In this document: in pieces, positions 27,003-35,691 of the stretch | Position numbering within the stretch: position 1 is the stretch's first letter | Layout: every line of letters starts with the position of its first letter | IMG/VR virus record: IMGVR_UViG_3300024232_000027 | Coordinates: 1-41,445 of that record | Source of the DNA: a virus | Lineage: Duplodnaviria; Caudoviricetes | DNA length: 41,445 nucleotides | Reading direction: 5' to 3' (one strand) | Notes under the pieces: generated by a model | The model's database searches: none | What the model was told of the DNA's origin: nothing | The model's input: the letters and a program-made list of their open reading frames with translations, nothing else | Position numbers and translations under genes: made by a program

Positions 27003-28595
27003 ATGTCACTAAGTTCAATGATTCCGCCTCAACTAGTTGAAATTGCAACTAGATTATTGTCACCTGATGCTTCGCCCGATGTTCCATCTGATGTATCTAG
27101 TACTACTCCAGATAATACTGACCAATTAATTCGAGAGATATTTAATCGATATCCGATGGAACATACGGCTACTGACCAGTTTACTAGCCTGTTAAATCAA
27201 TTTCCTACGCGTAATCAGCCTAGTAAGACTCAGAATGTATTAGGTTTGCTATCAGGACTAGGTGCAGGTTCGCGCGCTGCTACTTATGATAATGGTACGC
27301 CTATCGGATTCAGAGGTGGTTCTGCTGAAGATGTAATGAAGGCTACTGATTTAACCAGATTCAGACCATTTTATCAGGAAATGGGTGACTGGCAAGCTAA
27401 GGTTAAACCATACGAAGCTGCTGCGCTGAATGAACGATATTATAATCAGAATCAGCGAACATTGGCATCTAATGAAGCTAGACAGGTTACAACTGCTAAG
27501 AATGTAGCATCACTAGCTGAACGTAGAAATGCACAAACAGAAGGTGAAGCTGAAAAACGTGACATTGAATGGTATAAGGCTTGGATACAAGAAAAAGGTC
27601 TAAATCAGCCTAATATTGGACTAGCTGTAGATGGTGCTACAAATACTATCATTCAATATGATAAAAAAGGTGGAAAACCTGCGGCAGCCTTAATAGACCC
27701 TCTCACCGGAGAACCAATGAAAGGTGAGAAATTACCATTACTCAATAAAAGTATAGCAGCGGCTCAAAAACGCGCGGAAACGATGGCAGGCGCATCACAG
27801 GCTAATACGGCTGCGCGAATCGCTGGTGCTAATAGACCATTGTGGACTGATGATGAAGGTAATACATGGATGCCAGATTTTAAAACTGGCACTATGAAAA
27901 AGATGACTCCTGCTGATGCTACGCAGGAGGTTCCTGTTACTGGTACTAGCACTCCTACTAGTCAGGTTCCACCATCAGCCGCAGCCGCAGTATCACCATC
28001 AACGGCTACAGAGCCTAATAAGTTACCTAAATTAACGAAATTAGGTTCAGCGGCTGATAGAGAAACAGCATCTACTAGGGCTACTGAGGAATTTGCAGGT
28101 AAAATTTATCCTCATTTCCAAGAATTACGGGACCAAGCTAAAGACCTTGAAAAACGTCATTTATTTGGTCCTGTTATGAGTCGAATTAGAGGATACGCTG
28201 AAAAACTTGGTACTACTGGTTCACCTGAAAGTATCGAAGCAAATTTTAAATCATTCCAAAATCAGATTGCAACAGATAAAGAACTTAAAGATACGAATGA
28301 TTATGTAGTTGGTCAATTTGCTGGTACTCTTGCGCTATTAGCTTCTGGTGCTGGTCGTGTTCATGCTCAGGGTAGAACTGGTATCGAAATGATTCGATAT
28401 ATGAAACAAGTTCTAAGTGCTGAGGGAACTTTGCCTATGTTTTTGGGCCGATTGGATGCTCTAGATTCATTCATTAAGGGTTATGCTGCTAAAGGTGGCA
28501 TAAAAGTAGAAAAACCATCTGCACAAGACCAAAATCTGAAAAGTGAAGTTGAAAAGGCATTAAATATGATAAGAGAGAAAAGGGAGAAAAAATAA
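27003..28595 (+). CDS. Putative DNA ejection protein 2
   Basis: Ala/Thr-rich helical protein; position. Confidence 0.6.
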   Translation: MSLSSMIPPQLVEIATRLLSPDASPDVPSDVSSTTPDNTDQLIREIFNRYPMEHTATDQFTSLLNQFPTRNQPSKTQNVLGLLSGLGAGSRAATYDNGTPIGFRGGSAEDVMKATDLTRFRPFYQEMGDWQAKVKPYEAAALNERYYNQNQRTLASNEARQVTTAKNVASLAERRNAQTEGEAEKRDIEWYKAWIQEKGLNQPNIGLAVDGATNTIIQYDKKGGKPAAALIDPLTGEPMKGEKLPLLNKSIAAAQKRAETMAGASQANTAARIAGANRPLWTDDEGNTWMPDFKTGTMKKMTPADATQEVPVTGTSTPTSQVPPSAAAAVSPSTATEPNKLPKLTKLGSAADRETASTRATEEFAGKIYPHFQELRDQAKDLEKRHLFGPVMSRIRGYAEKLGTTGSPESIEANFKSFQNQIATDKELKDTNDYVVGQFAGTLALLASGAGRVHAQGRTGIEMIRYMKQVLSAEGTLPMFLGRLDALDSFIKGYAAKGGIKVEKPSAQDQNLKSEVEKALNMIREKREKK

Positions 28596-29422
28596 TGCCT
28601 GACCAAGAGAAAATTAGTCAACGTGAATTCGTTGATACACTGCGCTCTAATAATCCGGGTCTAAAAACTATCTCTGATAAGGATATTCTGAAACAAGTAT
28701 TTGAAATTCATCCCGAATTAAAGGACCAATTAGAAACACCTGATGAACAAGCTGCACGCGCTCAGAAACGCGCAGAATACGATTCACATGCTTTCGGTAG
28801 AATGGTTACTAGTTCATTTCCTGGTATCGCTGGAGTAGCTGGTAGTTTACTAGCACCTGAATCTGCTGGTATGTCTGTTCCATTAGGTGTAGGTGTTGGT
28901 CGTGGATTACAGGATATTACTAATCAAATGCTCGGGATAGAAGATACTAGTGTATGGCAGAAAGCTAAGAATATTGGAACGGATGTTGGTCTAGCAGCGG
29001 CTGTTCCTGCTGGAATAAACTTTATAAAAAGTCCAATTAACTCCGTCAGGCAAGTTTTATCTGATACGGCTGGATTAGCTGAAAAGTTACCAGAATATTT
29101 GCCTGGTAGTAGATTTACTAAATATCTAAAACCTGAAAAAAGCTTATCCGAGCTTCTCAGACCTAAATCTAGCTATTCACCTAATACTGGTGGCGGATTT
29201 TTAGAGAAGCCTCCCGGTTATCAGGAAGCACCTATAGAGGAATCATTTAAGACACCTAGTTCAACCAAAACAGGTTCAGAAGTTCCTGGTGTGAATCAAT
29301 CTGACCGTTTAATGCGTTATCCCAAACCATCTAGTACTACAATGACGATTCAGCCTAAACCATTGTTTAAAATTGTTGTGGACGAAAATGGTCACAACAT
29401 TCTAAAGAGAATCGAGGAATAA
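28595..29422 (+). CDS. Putative DNA ejection protein 3
   Basis: Gly-rich hydrophobic hairpin PGIAGVAGSLLAP..PLGVGVG; position. Confidence 0.55.
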   Translation: MPDQEKISQREFVDTLRSNNPGLKTISDKDILKQVFEIHPELKDQLETPDEQAARAQKRAEYDSHAFGRMVTSSFPGIAGVAGSLLAPESAGMSVPLGVGVGRGLQDITNQMLGIEDTSVWQKAKNIGTDVGLAAAVPAGINFIKSPINSVRQVLSDTAGLAEKLPEYLPGSRFTKYLKPEKSLSELLRPKSSYSPNTGGGFLEKPPGYQEAPIEESFKTPSSTKTGSEVPGVNQSDRLMRYPKPSSTTMTIQPKPLFKIVVDENGHNILKRIEE

Positions 29423-29424
29423 TT

Positions 29425-30576
29425 ATGCACGCGATTGCGTTTATTTGCAAGTCTAGTGGTGGACCTATTCCGGGGGCAATAGTTCAAGTATTACACCTTA
29501 CGAATGCTAGTGGAGCAACAATAGTTGCTCAAGGTATCACTAATCAAGATGGATATGTATTATTCAATTTCGTTCCGAATAATACTGACGTTCAAGTATA
29601 CATTGTTGCTCCGGGATATCAGAATTACTTTACAGACCTTCCCTTACATGACCAAAATCAGAACTACAATATCAATTTGACACCATCTTTTAATAAGCCT
29701 TCGCGCGAACGCATCATAAACGTGAAGGCGAACCTATGTAATCTGTATGATGCATATGACCATCCGATTTTCGAGCCTATGATTAACTGGCTCGTATTGA
29801 ATGATAGGGTAATGGCAGATGATTGGACTTCGCGCGCTATTAATGCCAAGTCCACACATTACAATGTAGCTATTAGCTGTAATTATCGAAACAATCCAGT
29901 TCCGGGTACAGATTTCACTCAAGATTTAGGTGGGTTCTCCAATATTATTGATTACATTAAATCTAGAGGATTAATTCCGATTGTCAAGCTAGCATTCGAT
30001 GGTCAGGGATTTGACCCTGTAGGATTAACGTATGGTTGGCAATGGGGAATGGATAACATCGAACGTATTGCTAATGGCTTATCTAAGCACATTAACAGTG
30101 TTCTTTGGTCTACAGGTTTTGATGGTTGTTTTCCTGATTGGACTCCTGGGCAAACAATTGCTATGCTACGTAAAATGCGCGCGGTATTAGGTAATAGCGC
30201 GCAAATAGATACAGAATTCGCTGGTCCTGCTAGTATGAGTTGGGGCTATATTCATATGGGTAATGGTGCTGCTGATTGGGCACCTGATAAACTAGGAATA
30301 CTAGACCATTTCTCACTAGAAGCGCAGCAATTTCCAATCGATGTAACAGTAGGCGCGCAAGAAATAGCTACACGTCTATTAGGTCCAAATTGTTTAATCG
30401 GACCACAAACACCATACTATCTAGCTAATGTCAATAAATACATTGCAATAGATGTGTATGAGACAGTTGCTACATGGTTCTATAATGGTGCTGTAGCTAG
30501 TCCACAAGATGCGATTAATGCTGCTCAGGGTATGGCTAAATTCGGATTTAAGGTTTTTGGGAATGGGGTTCCTTAG
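29425..30576 (+). CDS. Carboxypeptidase-regulatory-like domain plus putative TIM-barrel glycoside hydrolase-like domain
   Basis: GGPIPGAIV..TNQDGY..APGYQ N-domain; beta/alpha alternation such as IIDYIKSRGLIPIVKL. Confidence 0.5.
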   Translation: MHAIAFICKSSGGPIPGAIVQVLHLTNASGATIVAQGITNQDGYVLFNFVPNNTDVQVYIVAPGYQNYFTDLPLHDQNQNYNINLTPSFNKPSRERIINVKANLCNLYDAYDHPIFEPMINWLVLNDRVMADDWTSRAINAKSTHYNVAISCNYRNNPVPGTDFTQDLGGFSNIIDYIKSRGLIPIVKLAFDGQGFDPVGLTYGWQWGMDNIERIANGLSKHINSVLWSTGFDGCFPDWTPGQTIAMLRKMRAVLGNSAQIDTEFAGPASMSWGYIHMGNGAADWAPDKLGILDHFSLEAQQFPIDVTVGAQEIATRLLGPNCLIGPQTPYYLANVNKYIAIDVYETVATWFYNGAVASPQDAINAAQGMAKFGFKVFGNGVP

Positions 30577-30709
30577 TTTCTTCTATTGGTTCCTCATCTT
30601 TCTTCTTTTCAGGCATACTAATCTTACCCGCGCAAACGAGACATTTACCCGAATCATGTACTGTTGTAGTCCTACACTCTCCGCACCAACGATGATGTAA
30701 TGATGACAT
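30548..30709 (-). CDS. 53-aa zinc-finger microprotein, absent from the ORF track
   Basis: Manual translation MSSLHHRWCGECRTTTVHDSGKCLVCAGKISMPEKKKDEEPIEETKEPHSQKP; TAATG overlap with the helicase stop. Confidence 0.65.
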   Translation of the reverse strand: MSSLHHRWCGECRTTTVHDSGKCLVCAGKISMPEKKKDEEPIEETKEPHSQKP

Positions 30710-31977
30710 TATTTCTTTCCTTGGAAATGTTCTGCTAGTTTAACCGCAATATCATCCGGCATTCGATAGATAATCTGATTACCAATCGACTCTGTTACGA
30801 TTGTCTTAGATTGGTCGAATTCCTGCATAATCTCATCTAGTTCCTTCTCCTTGAAATCCATCATATATTTCTTTAGCATCATTGCGCGCGATATTCTGTA
30901 ATCAGGTCTAGCTACTAGTTCTTTTAGAATTATTCCTTTCTTTTCGGCTGTATCTGACTTACCACGTTTACCAAGTGTTGCGCGTCTGACATTTCCTAAC
31001 AATCTTTCGCATACTACAATCGCTTCGCTGATATGTGCTTCGGTGATTCTGAGTGAGGTAGAATCTGCAAGCGATAAAAGCATAGCAATCTTGAGAACTG
31101 AATCCCCGAATCTTTGGACTGTTCCTGTTTCGTCTTTGATTTCGGCATTTTTAATTCCTAGGTAAAAGTCCTCATACCAATCATCGTATAATGCGCCTGC
31201 CGGCGAATACCATACCTCCTCATTATTTTTTAATCTTCTAATTGTAAATACATCAGATTCTTCACGCGAACCCATCGGCTCAAATGGTCCGGTAAGTTTA
31301 GATATCTCCTTTAAATGATTAGTTAGAAATTCTCGATTAGGAGGATTCTTTAACGGAATCATTAATGAATTTAATACCTGAACTTCGCTCTCTGCTATAA
31401 CGAACATTCGGCCTATGAATCCACCTTTAATATCCTTATTACCTACGAAATCTTCAAAGTGTGCCTCATTTGTTGCTACTAGCATAGTTAATGTCGGGTC
31501 GCGCAACTCGAACGATTCCATCTTTAACAGTGACTTATATACTCCTTCGTTATACTGACGGTCATATAGGTCCGTTAAAATGGTCATTGCGAACGGGTCA
31601 GCAACCAGAGAAGAACTAAATTCACTAGCACAGATAAAACCAGTACTTTTAGTAACGACCTTTCCACCGGGTTGTGAATATCCAGTTCCGAGGTCTTTAA
31701 GAATACCTTGAATGCTAGAACGGCCAGAAAAAATGCGAGTGTTATTAACACGTTTGACTAAATCTTTTGCTAAGGAAACAGGCGGACCCTTCTTTAATCC
31801 TGAATCCGCGTGTAACATAACGTATATGTTCGGATAAAGCTTATATGCACTAGCTCTATCTAAATACACTTGGTCCTTAGCTATTGCCGATATCGCAGCA
31901 AGGCCGCTCCAATACCAAAAATTCTTTGGTGATTCTAGTTCGCTATGTTGGCTGACTAGATTCGCTAGCCAATTCAT
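30709..31977 (-). CDS. DUF3987-like P-loop protein, putative replicative helicase
   Basis: ESPKNFWYWSGLAAISA, YPNIYVML, ASEFSS, LTDLYD, GGFIGRMF; winged-helix-like end; start likely MNWL. Confidence 0.7.
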   Translation of the reverse strand: MNWLANLVSQHSELESPKNFWYWSGLAAISAIAKDQVYLDRASAYKLYPNIYVMLHADSGLKKGPPVSLAKDLVKRVNNTRIFSGRSSIQGILKDLGTGYSQPGGKVVTKSTGFICASEFSSSLVADPFAMTILTDLYDRQYNEGVYKSLLKMESFELRDPTLTMLVATNEAHFEDFVGNKDIKGGFIGRMFVIAESEVQVLNSLMIPLKNPPNREFLTNHLKEISKLTGPFEPMGSREESDVFTIRRLKNNEEVWYSPAGALYDDWYEDFYLGIKNAEIKDETGTVQRFGDSVLKIAMLLSLADSTSLRITEAHISEAIVVCERLLGNVRRATLGKRGKSDTAEKKGIILKELVARPDYRISRAMMLKKYMMDFKEKELDEIMQEFDQSKTIVTESIGNQIIYRMPDDIAVKLAEHFQGKK

Positions 31978-32107
31978 TATACACACGACCCAATCTACGA
32001 ACTATGTCAATTAGTCCTGGCACTTCATATGGAACATATTGGTGCTCTATGAATTCATATAGAACTCGTAGTTCCTTTTCGTTCAATGTGAAATTAATAT
32101 CATTCAT
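31943..32107 (-). CDS. Small hypothetical protein
   Basis: ATG overlaps the upstream gene end; fills the gap. Confidence 0.5.
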   Translation of the reverse strand: MNDINFTLNEKELRVLYEFIEHQYVPYEVPGLIDIVRRLGRVYNELASESSQPT

Positions 32108-32606
32108 TGGATTTAGAGGGTCCACCTTTGTTCCTCCTATCACGTCTATCAGCTATCCACAAAGTTACAATTACGCAGATGTCGAGTTCTGTGTCCTCAA
32201 TTGATTCATTAATCGGGTATTTTCTCGAATTCTCAAGATTAGCAAGTCTGAAAAGTTTTTCACCAAGGCGCCCGATAAATCCAGCATCATCTGAATTGGT
32301 AAAAAGCTGAGACATAAGACCAGCAAAATGATAGTTTCCAAAAGGGTCACTGTTATTCGCATAATCATGAGACTTTTTGTCATGTAAATCAGCCATCCTT
32401 TCTAATAGATTATAAAAGATAGGACTACCGTTCCGGTCGCTTGGTATAGGTTCCGTGTCGGGTCCAGCAGTATACACATCTTTCATTGTGTCCGTTGTTT
32501 TTGGTGTTGCATACGGGACAGGGCCATACTGGTACTTGTAAAAACGCTCGTATTCTTCCGGTGTCATAATCCCGTGGTTCATAGTCATAAATATCCTCCG
32601 GCTCAT
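32100..32606 (-). CDS. DUF1599 / nucleotide-modification-associated domain 1-like protein (start uncertain)
   Basis: KKSHDYA..DPFGN, RLGEKLFRL.NL, NESIEDTELD motifs. Confidence 0.75.
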   Translation of the reverse strand: MSRRIFMTMNHGIMTPEEYERFYKYQYGPVPYATPKTTDTMKDVYTAGPDTEPIPSDRNGSPIFYNLLERMADLHDKKSHDYANNSDPFGNYHFAGLMSQLFTNSDDAGFIGRLGEKLFRLANLENSRKYPINESIEDTELDICVIVTLWIADRRDRRNKGGPSKSNE

Positions 32607-32631
32607 CTTCTGGTGGTAGAATTCGAGGCAT
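32425..32631 (-). CDS. RanBP2-type zinc finger protein in an overlapping frame
   Basis: WPCPVCNTKNNGHNERCVYC matches W-x-C-x2-C-x3-N-x6-C-x2-C exactly. Confidence 0.6.
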   Translation of the reverse strand: MPRILPPEDEPEDIYDYEPRDYDTGRIRAFLQVPVWPCPVCNTKNNGHNERCVYCWTRHGTYTKRPER

Positions 32632-32812
32632 CTAATTTCTTCCGATGTTTAAGAAAACTTCTTTCTACAGCACAACAAACATTTCTATCTTCTCCACCAA
32701 TTTCAAACCATAAATCATAACCATGTCCTATTTCTTCATCTTCATGACATGATATACAACATGGTTCAAATTGAATTTCAGGATATTGTTTCTTTACTTG
32801 TTCGCATTCCAT
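32603..32812 (-). CDS. Small Cys-rich protein
   Basis: CCISCHED..VCC; start MECEQ at the TAATG overlap with the polymerase stop. Confidence 0.65.
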   Translation of the reverse strand: MECEQVKKQYPEIQFEPCCISCHEDEEIGHGYDLWFEIGGEDRNVCCAVERSFLKHRKKLDASNSTTRR

Positions 32813-35352
32813 TATAGCACAGTCCATCCATCAGCAGACCTAGTAGGAAATGGAATTATTTCTGGTATATCGACTTGCTCAAATAAGGGCGATTTAAATT
32901 TACTGAGAGACTGGTAGTCCTTTCCAATTTCGAGTTCACACGGGACAATAAGATGGCGCCGTGGTATCGAGCATTTAGTGAAATCGATAGGACGTTCCAT
33001 TTCGTCCTTAATGATAGCTCCCCACAATTCAGCTTTATCCTCAGGAACAGAGCATAATAGGGCATCATGGGCCTCTACTATTATCTTGATTTTGGGTAAA
33101 CGTCGTCTGATGCGAAGTGCGGCTGCTTTCGTATTATCAGTAATAGTACGTTGAGCCATGTAGGAAAATGCCATTCTAAATAGTTCGTCTCCCCATCGTT
33201 CGTAAAATGTTCTCTTACCACCTGTATCACTCTTAATTCCCCACGGTTTAGGTGCCACTAGAACTCTAGAGCGTTCTAGCGCTCTAGCTACACCTTGATG
33301 AAAGTTCATTCTAATCTTAGGTTGTTTCATGTGGAAAATTTCAAGTGCGCGCCCCGCCTCTGGCTCTGTGATACGGTAATCGATTTTATATTTTCTTGCC
33401 TGAGTATTAATCTCAGTTGCTGCTCTAGCTTTGCCCGCACCAAGATGCCCCGCATGTCGTAATGTCTTGCCAGCAAATCTAATAGGAGATTCATATCCAA
33501 GTTTTTTCTTGGAATAATCATCTTCCGTTCCTCCGAAAAACCACGACGCGGTAAGAGCGTGATAATCATGTATGTCTATGTCCACTAAAGCTTGTTCATC
33601 ATCAGCGAAAAGAAATACAGCGCGCGCTTCAGCTTGGCTACTATCAGCTTGAATAAATACTTCACCATCATCAACGATATAGGCTGACCTTACATCAGCA
33701 CCTACATCGCCGTGTTTTGTCATAGTTTGAAAGGCGGAACCAAGGGACTTGTGTTTGAGTTTATTATGTTCATCACGATATTCAATTTGAGGTCTAATAG
33801 GAGGGTCTTGTTGGCCCGTACTAGTTCTTCCAGTGTCCGTACACAGGAAATAAGTAGTTCGCATTCTACCGTCGTAATCGGGTATGGCGGTAATATAATT
33901 TCCGATGGTCTTTCTGACTCTGCGCTGTAGAAGAATGTTATCGATAATTTTTGCATGTTCTTCTGTGACCTTAGTTGATTTTAATAGCTCTGTTAATTCT
34001 TCTTCACCAGTGCCAGTTCGGAATGGAAGTTTTAATACCTCGTATAACAAAATGCTAACTTGCTTAGGTGAATTCGCGTTAACATCATCACCTACTATTG
34101 TATTCAGGTCATATCGTAACTGTTCATTCCATCGAACATATTTAGTGAGTAGTTCTAATCTCTTAGCTTCGTCTACTCGAAATCCATTAGACTCAACATG
34201 CAAATAGAGTGAATGAAGATGCATGATAAAATTTTCATAGTAATCGCGCATTCCTAATTCATCTAAATCAGCATCCATTTCCTCATCTATTTCCACTGTA
34301 ACACAGGCATCCCGCGCGTTGTAAATAAAAAGGTCATCAATCGATTGTTTTGATGGGTCGAAATCCGAACCTTCGTTTTTATAATATGGTTCTTCGGTGA
34401 ATATACTCGTATTGAAAGCCAGCGACTTCGGTAACTCAGGATTAATAGCAAAAGCCTTAAGCATAGTATCCGATGATAACCTATCGATAGGGAGGCCGAG
34501 CCTAGATATTTTATCTTCGTCATACTTAAAATTTTGACCTAATTTCTTAAACTTAGGATTCATTAATAGGTCAGCTAGAATCCTCCAAATTTGGACTAAA
34601 TCATCTAATGGAATAGTACTGATACCATTTGTATTCCATAGTGGGCATGACATTCCCTCATTACGGTCAAATGCTATGCCTATACAAGTTGGAATACATC
34701 GAAGGGCTTCAATATCTATTCCAAGTCTAGTCTTATCACTTTTCCTTCGTATGAATTCAGATAACTCTGCTGAGTTCCTACATACACGCAATATTCTGTT
34801 TGGCCTATTGATATCGGGAAACTGAGATTGAATTTTTGCCCGTCGTAAATCGAAAGCAATAATTTGACGATTCCAATAACCTTTGAATTCAGCTCCGGAA
34901 TATCCTGATAATCCTTTGGGGTTATAAGTTGAAATGAATTTCCTTCCCATACCAAGCAGGATACTTCCTCTGTATGATTCGATATCTGTTTTTCCATACA
35001 TTACCCATAGTGGACCTGAACCGAATGAAACTATTACATTAGGCTTAATCTGATTAACTTCGTATTGAAATTCCTCAATCTGCTTAGTTAGGTCTACTCC
35101 GGCTAATTGCGCGCGTGTGAAGAATGGAATCTTCTTACCTTTAGGACTATCAGGAACATGAAATTTTGAAATCGATGACAACCAACAATTCGTCTTATGA
35201 ATGCCAGTTTCTTTTAATAACTTGTCTAAATCATAATCATCTGAGAATAACTGACCTGATTGAACATCTCTAGGAGATGGGGATTCCTTCACCAACATTA
35301 TATTGGCGCCGGTATTACCACTAGCTTTAACGTATGTTTCAGATAGATTCAT
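32812..35352 (-). CDS. polA: Family A DNA polymerase with an N-terminal UDG-like domain and a 3'-5' exonuclease
   Basis: Exo I DIEA, Exo II GQNFKYD, Exo III YNARD, TGRTS, motif A ADSSQAEAR, motif B R..GK...H, motif C AHDA; N-terminal ~180 aa follow the family-4 UDG layout. Confidence 0.92.
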   Translation of the reverse strand: MNLSETYVKASGNTGANIMLVKESPSPRDVQSGQLFSDDYDLDKLLKETGIHKTNCWLSSISKFHVPDSPKGKKIPFFTRAQLAGVDLTKQIEEFQYEVNQIKPNVIVSFGSGPLWVMYGKTDIESYRGSILLGMGRKFISTYNPKGLSGYSGAEFKGYWNRQIIAFDLRRAKIQSQFPDINRPNRILRVCRNSAELSEFIRRKSDKTRLGIDIEALRCIPTCIGIAFDRNEGMSCPLWNTNGISTIPLDDLVQIWRILADLLMNPKFKKLGQNFKYDEDKISRLGLPIDRLSSDTMLKAFAINPELPKSLAFNTSIFTEEPYYKNEGSDFDPSKQSIDDLFIYNARDACVTVEIDEEMDADLDELGMRDYYENFIMHLHSLYLHVESNGFRVDEAKRLELLTKYVRWNEQLRYDLNTIVGDDVNANSPKQVSILLYEVLKLPFRTGTGEEELTELLKSTKVTEEHAKIIDNILLQRRVRKTIGNYITAIPDYDGRMRTTYFLCTDTGRTSTGQQDPPIRPQIEYRDEHNKLKHKSLGSAFQTMTKHGDVGADVRSAYIVDDGEVFIQADSSQAEARAVFLFADDEQALVDIDIHDYHALTASWFFGGTEDDYSKKKLGYESPIRFAGKTLRHAGHLGAGKARAATEINTQARKYKIDYRITEPEAGRALEIFHMKQPKIRMNFHQGVARALERSRVLVAPKPWGIKSDTGGKRTFYERWGDELFRMAFSYMAQRTITDNTKAAALRIRRRLPKIKIIVEAHDALLCSVPEDKAELWGAIIKDEMERPIDFTKCSIPRRHLIVPCELEIGKDYQSLSKFKSPLFEQVDIPEIIPFPTRSADGWTVL

Positions 35353-35365
35353 TGTAATGAAAAGC

Positions 35366-35415
35366 GGGGAATCCCCTATTATACGGCTACATATAGCTAC
35401 GTTAGAGGATTCCCC
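35366..35415 (-). terminator. Long nested hairpin directly upstream of the polymerase gene
   Basis: Minus strand GGGGAATCCTCTA...TAGGGGATTCCCC then GCTTTT; inner ACG-GCTAT/GTAGC-CGT. Confidence 0.6.
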
Positions 35416-35504
35416 TAATCATCCCTAAACCTTATGGCCCTGATTCGGCTGTTGCTAATCGTTCTAGCACAGTTTTTTTCCGGTCTAGAGATGGTTACTG
35501 TGTC

Positions 35505-35690
35505 TTACTTATCTTCATCTTCCTCATCTTCAGATTCTTCATCTTCGTCATCATCAGTCTCAGCTACTTCGTCTGCTGCTTCCTTAGTAGCTTCGCTATC
35601 ATCATCTTCCTCTAACTCCACATCGTCCTCTGGTTCATCACCAGAAGGATTAACAGGCCATGCGAAATAGCCATACAATTCTGTGTCCAT
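35505..35690 (-). CDS. Extremely acidic 61-aa protein
   Basis: ATG one base after the upstream stop, with GGAG/AGGA upstream; 32 of 61 residues are D/E by manual count. Confidence 0.7.
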   Translation of the reverse strand: MDTELYGYFAWPVNPSGDEPEDDVELEEDDDSEATKEAADEVAETDDDEDEESEDEEDEDK

Positions 35691-35691
35691 A

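Noticed and set aside
2369-29922. Minus-strand and alternate-frame ORFs inside the structural operon (e.g. 2656-2916, 4260-4601, 10432-10785, 23739-24032)
   Set aside because: They shadow well-supported plus-strand genes and show no RBS or motifs
35430-35504. Known riboswitch or self-cleaving ribozyme (preQ1, hammerhead, HDV-like)
   Set aside because: Conserved core nucleotides could not be matched; kept only as an unassigned structured leader
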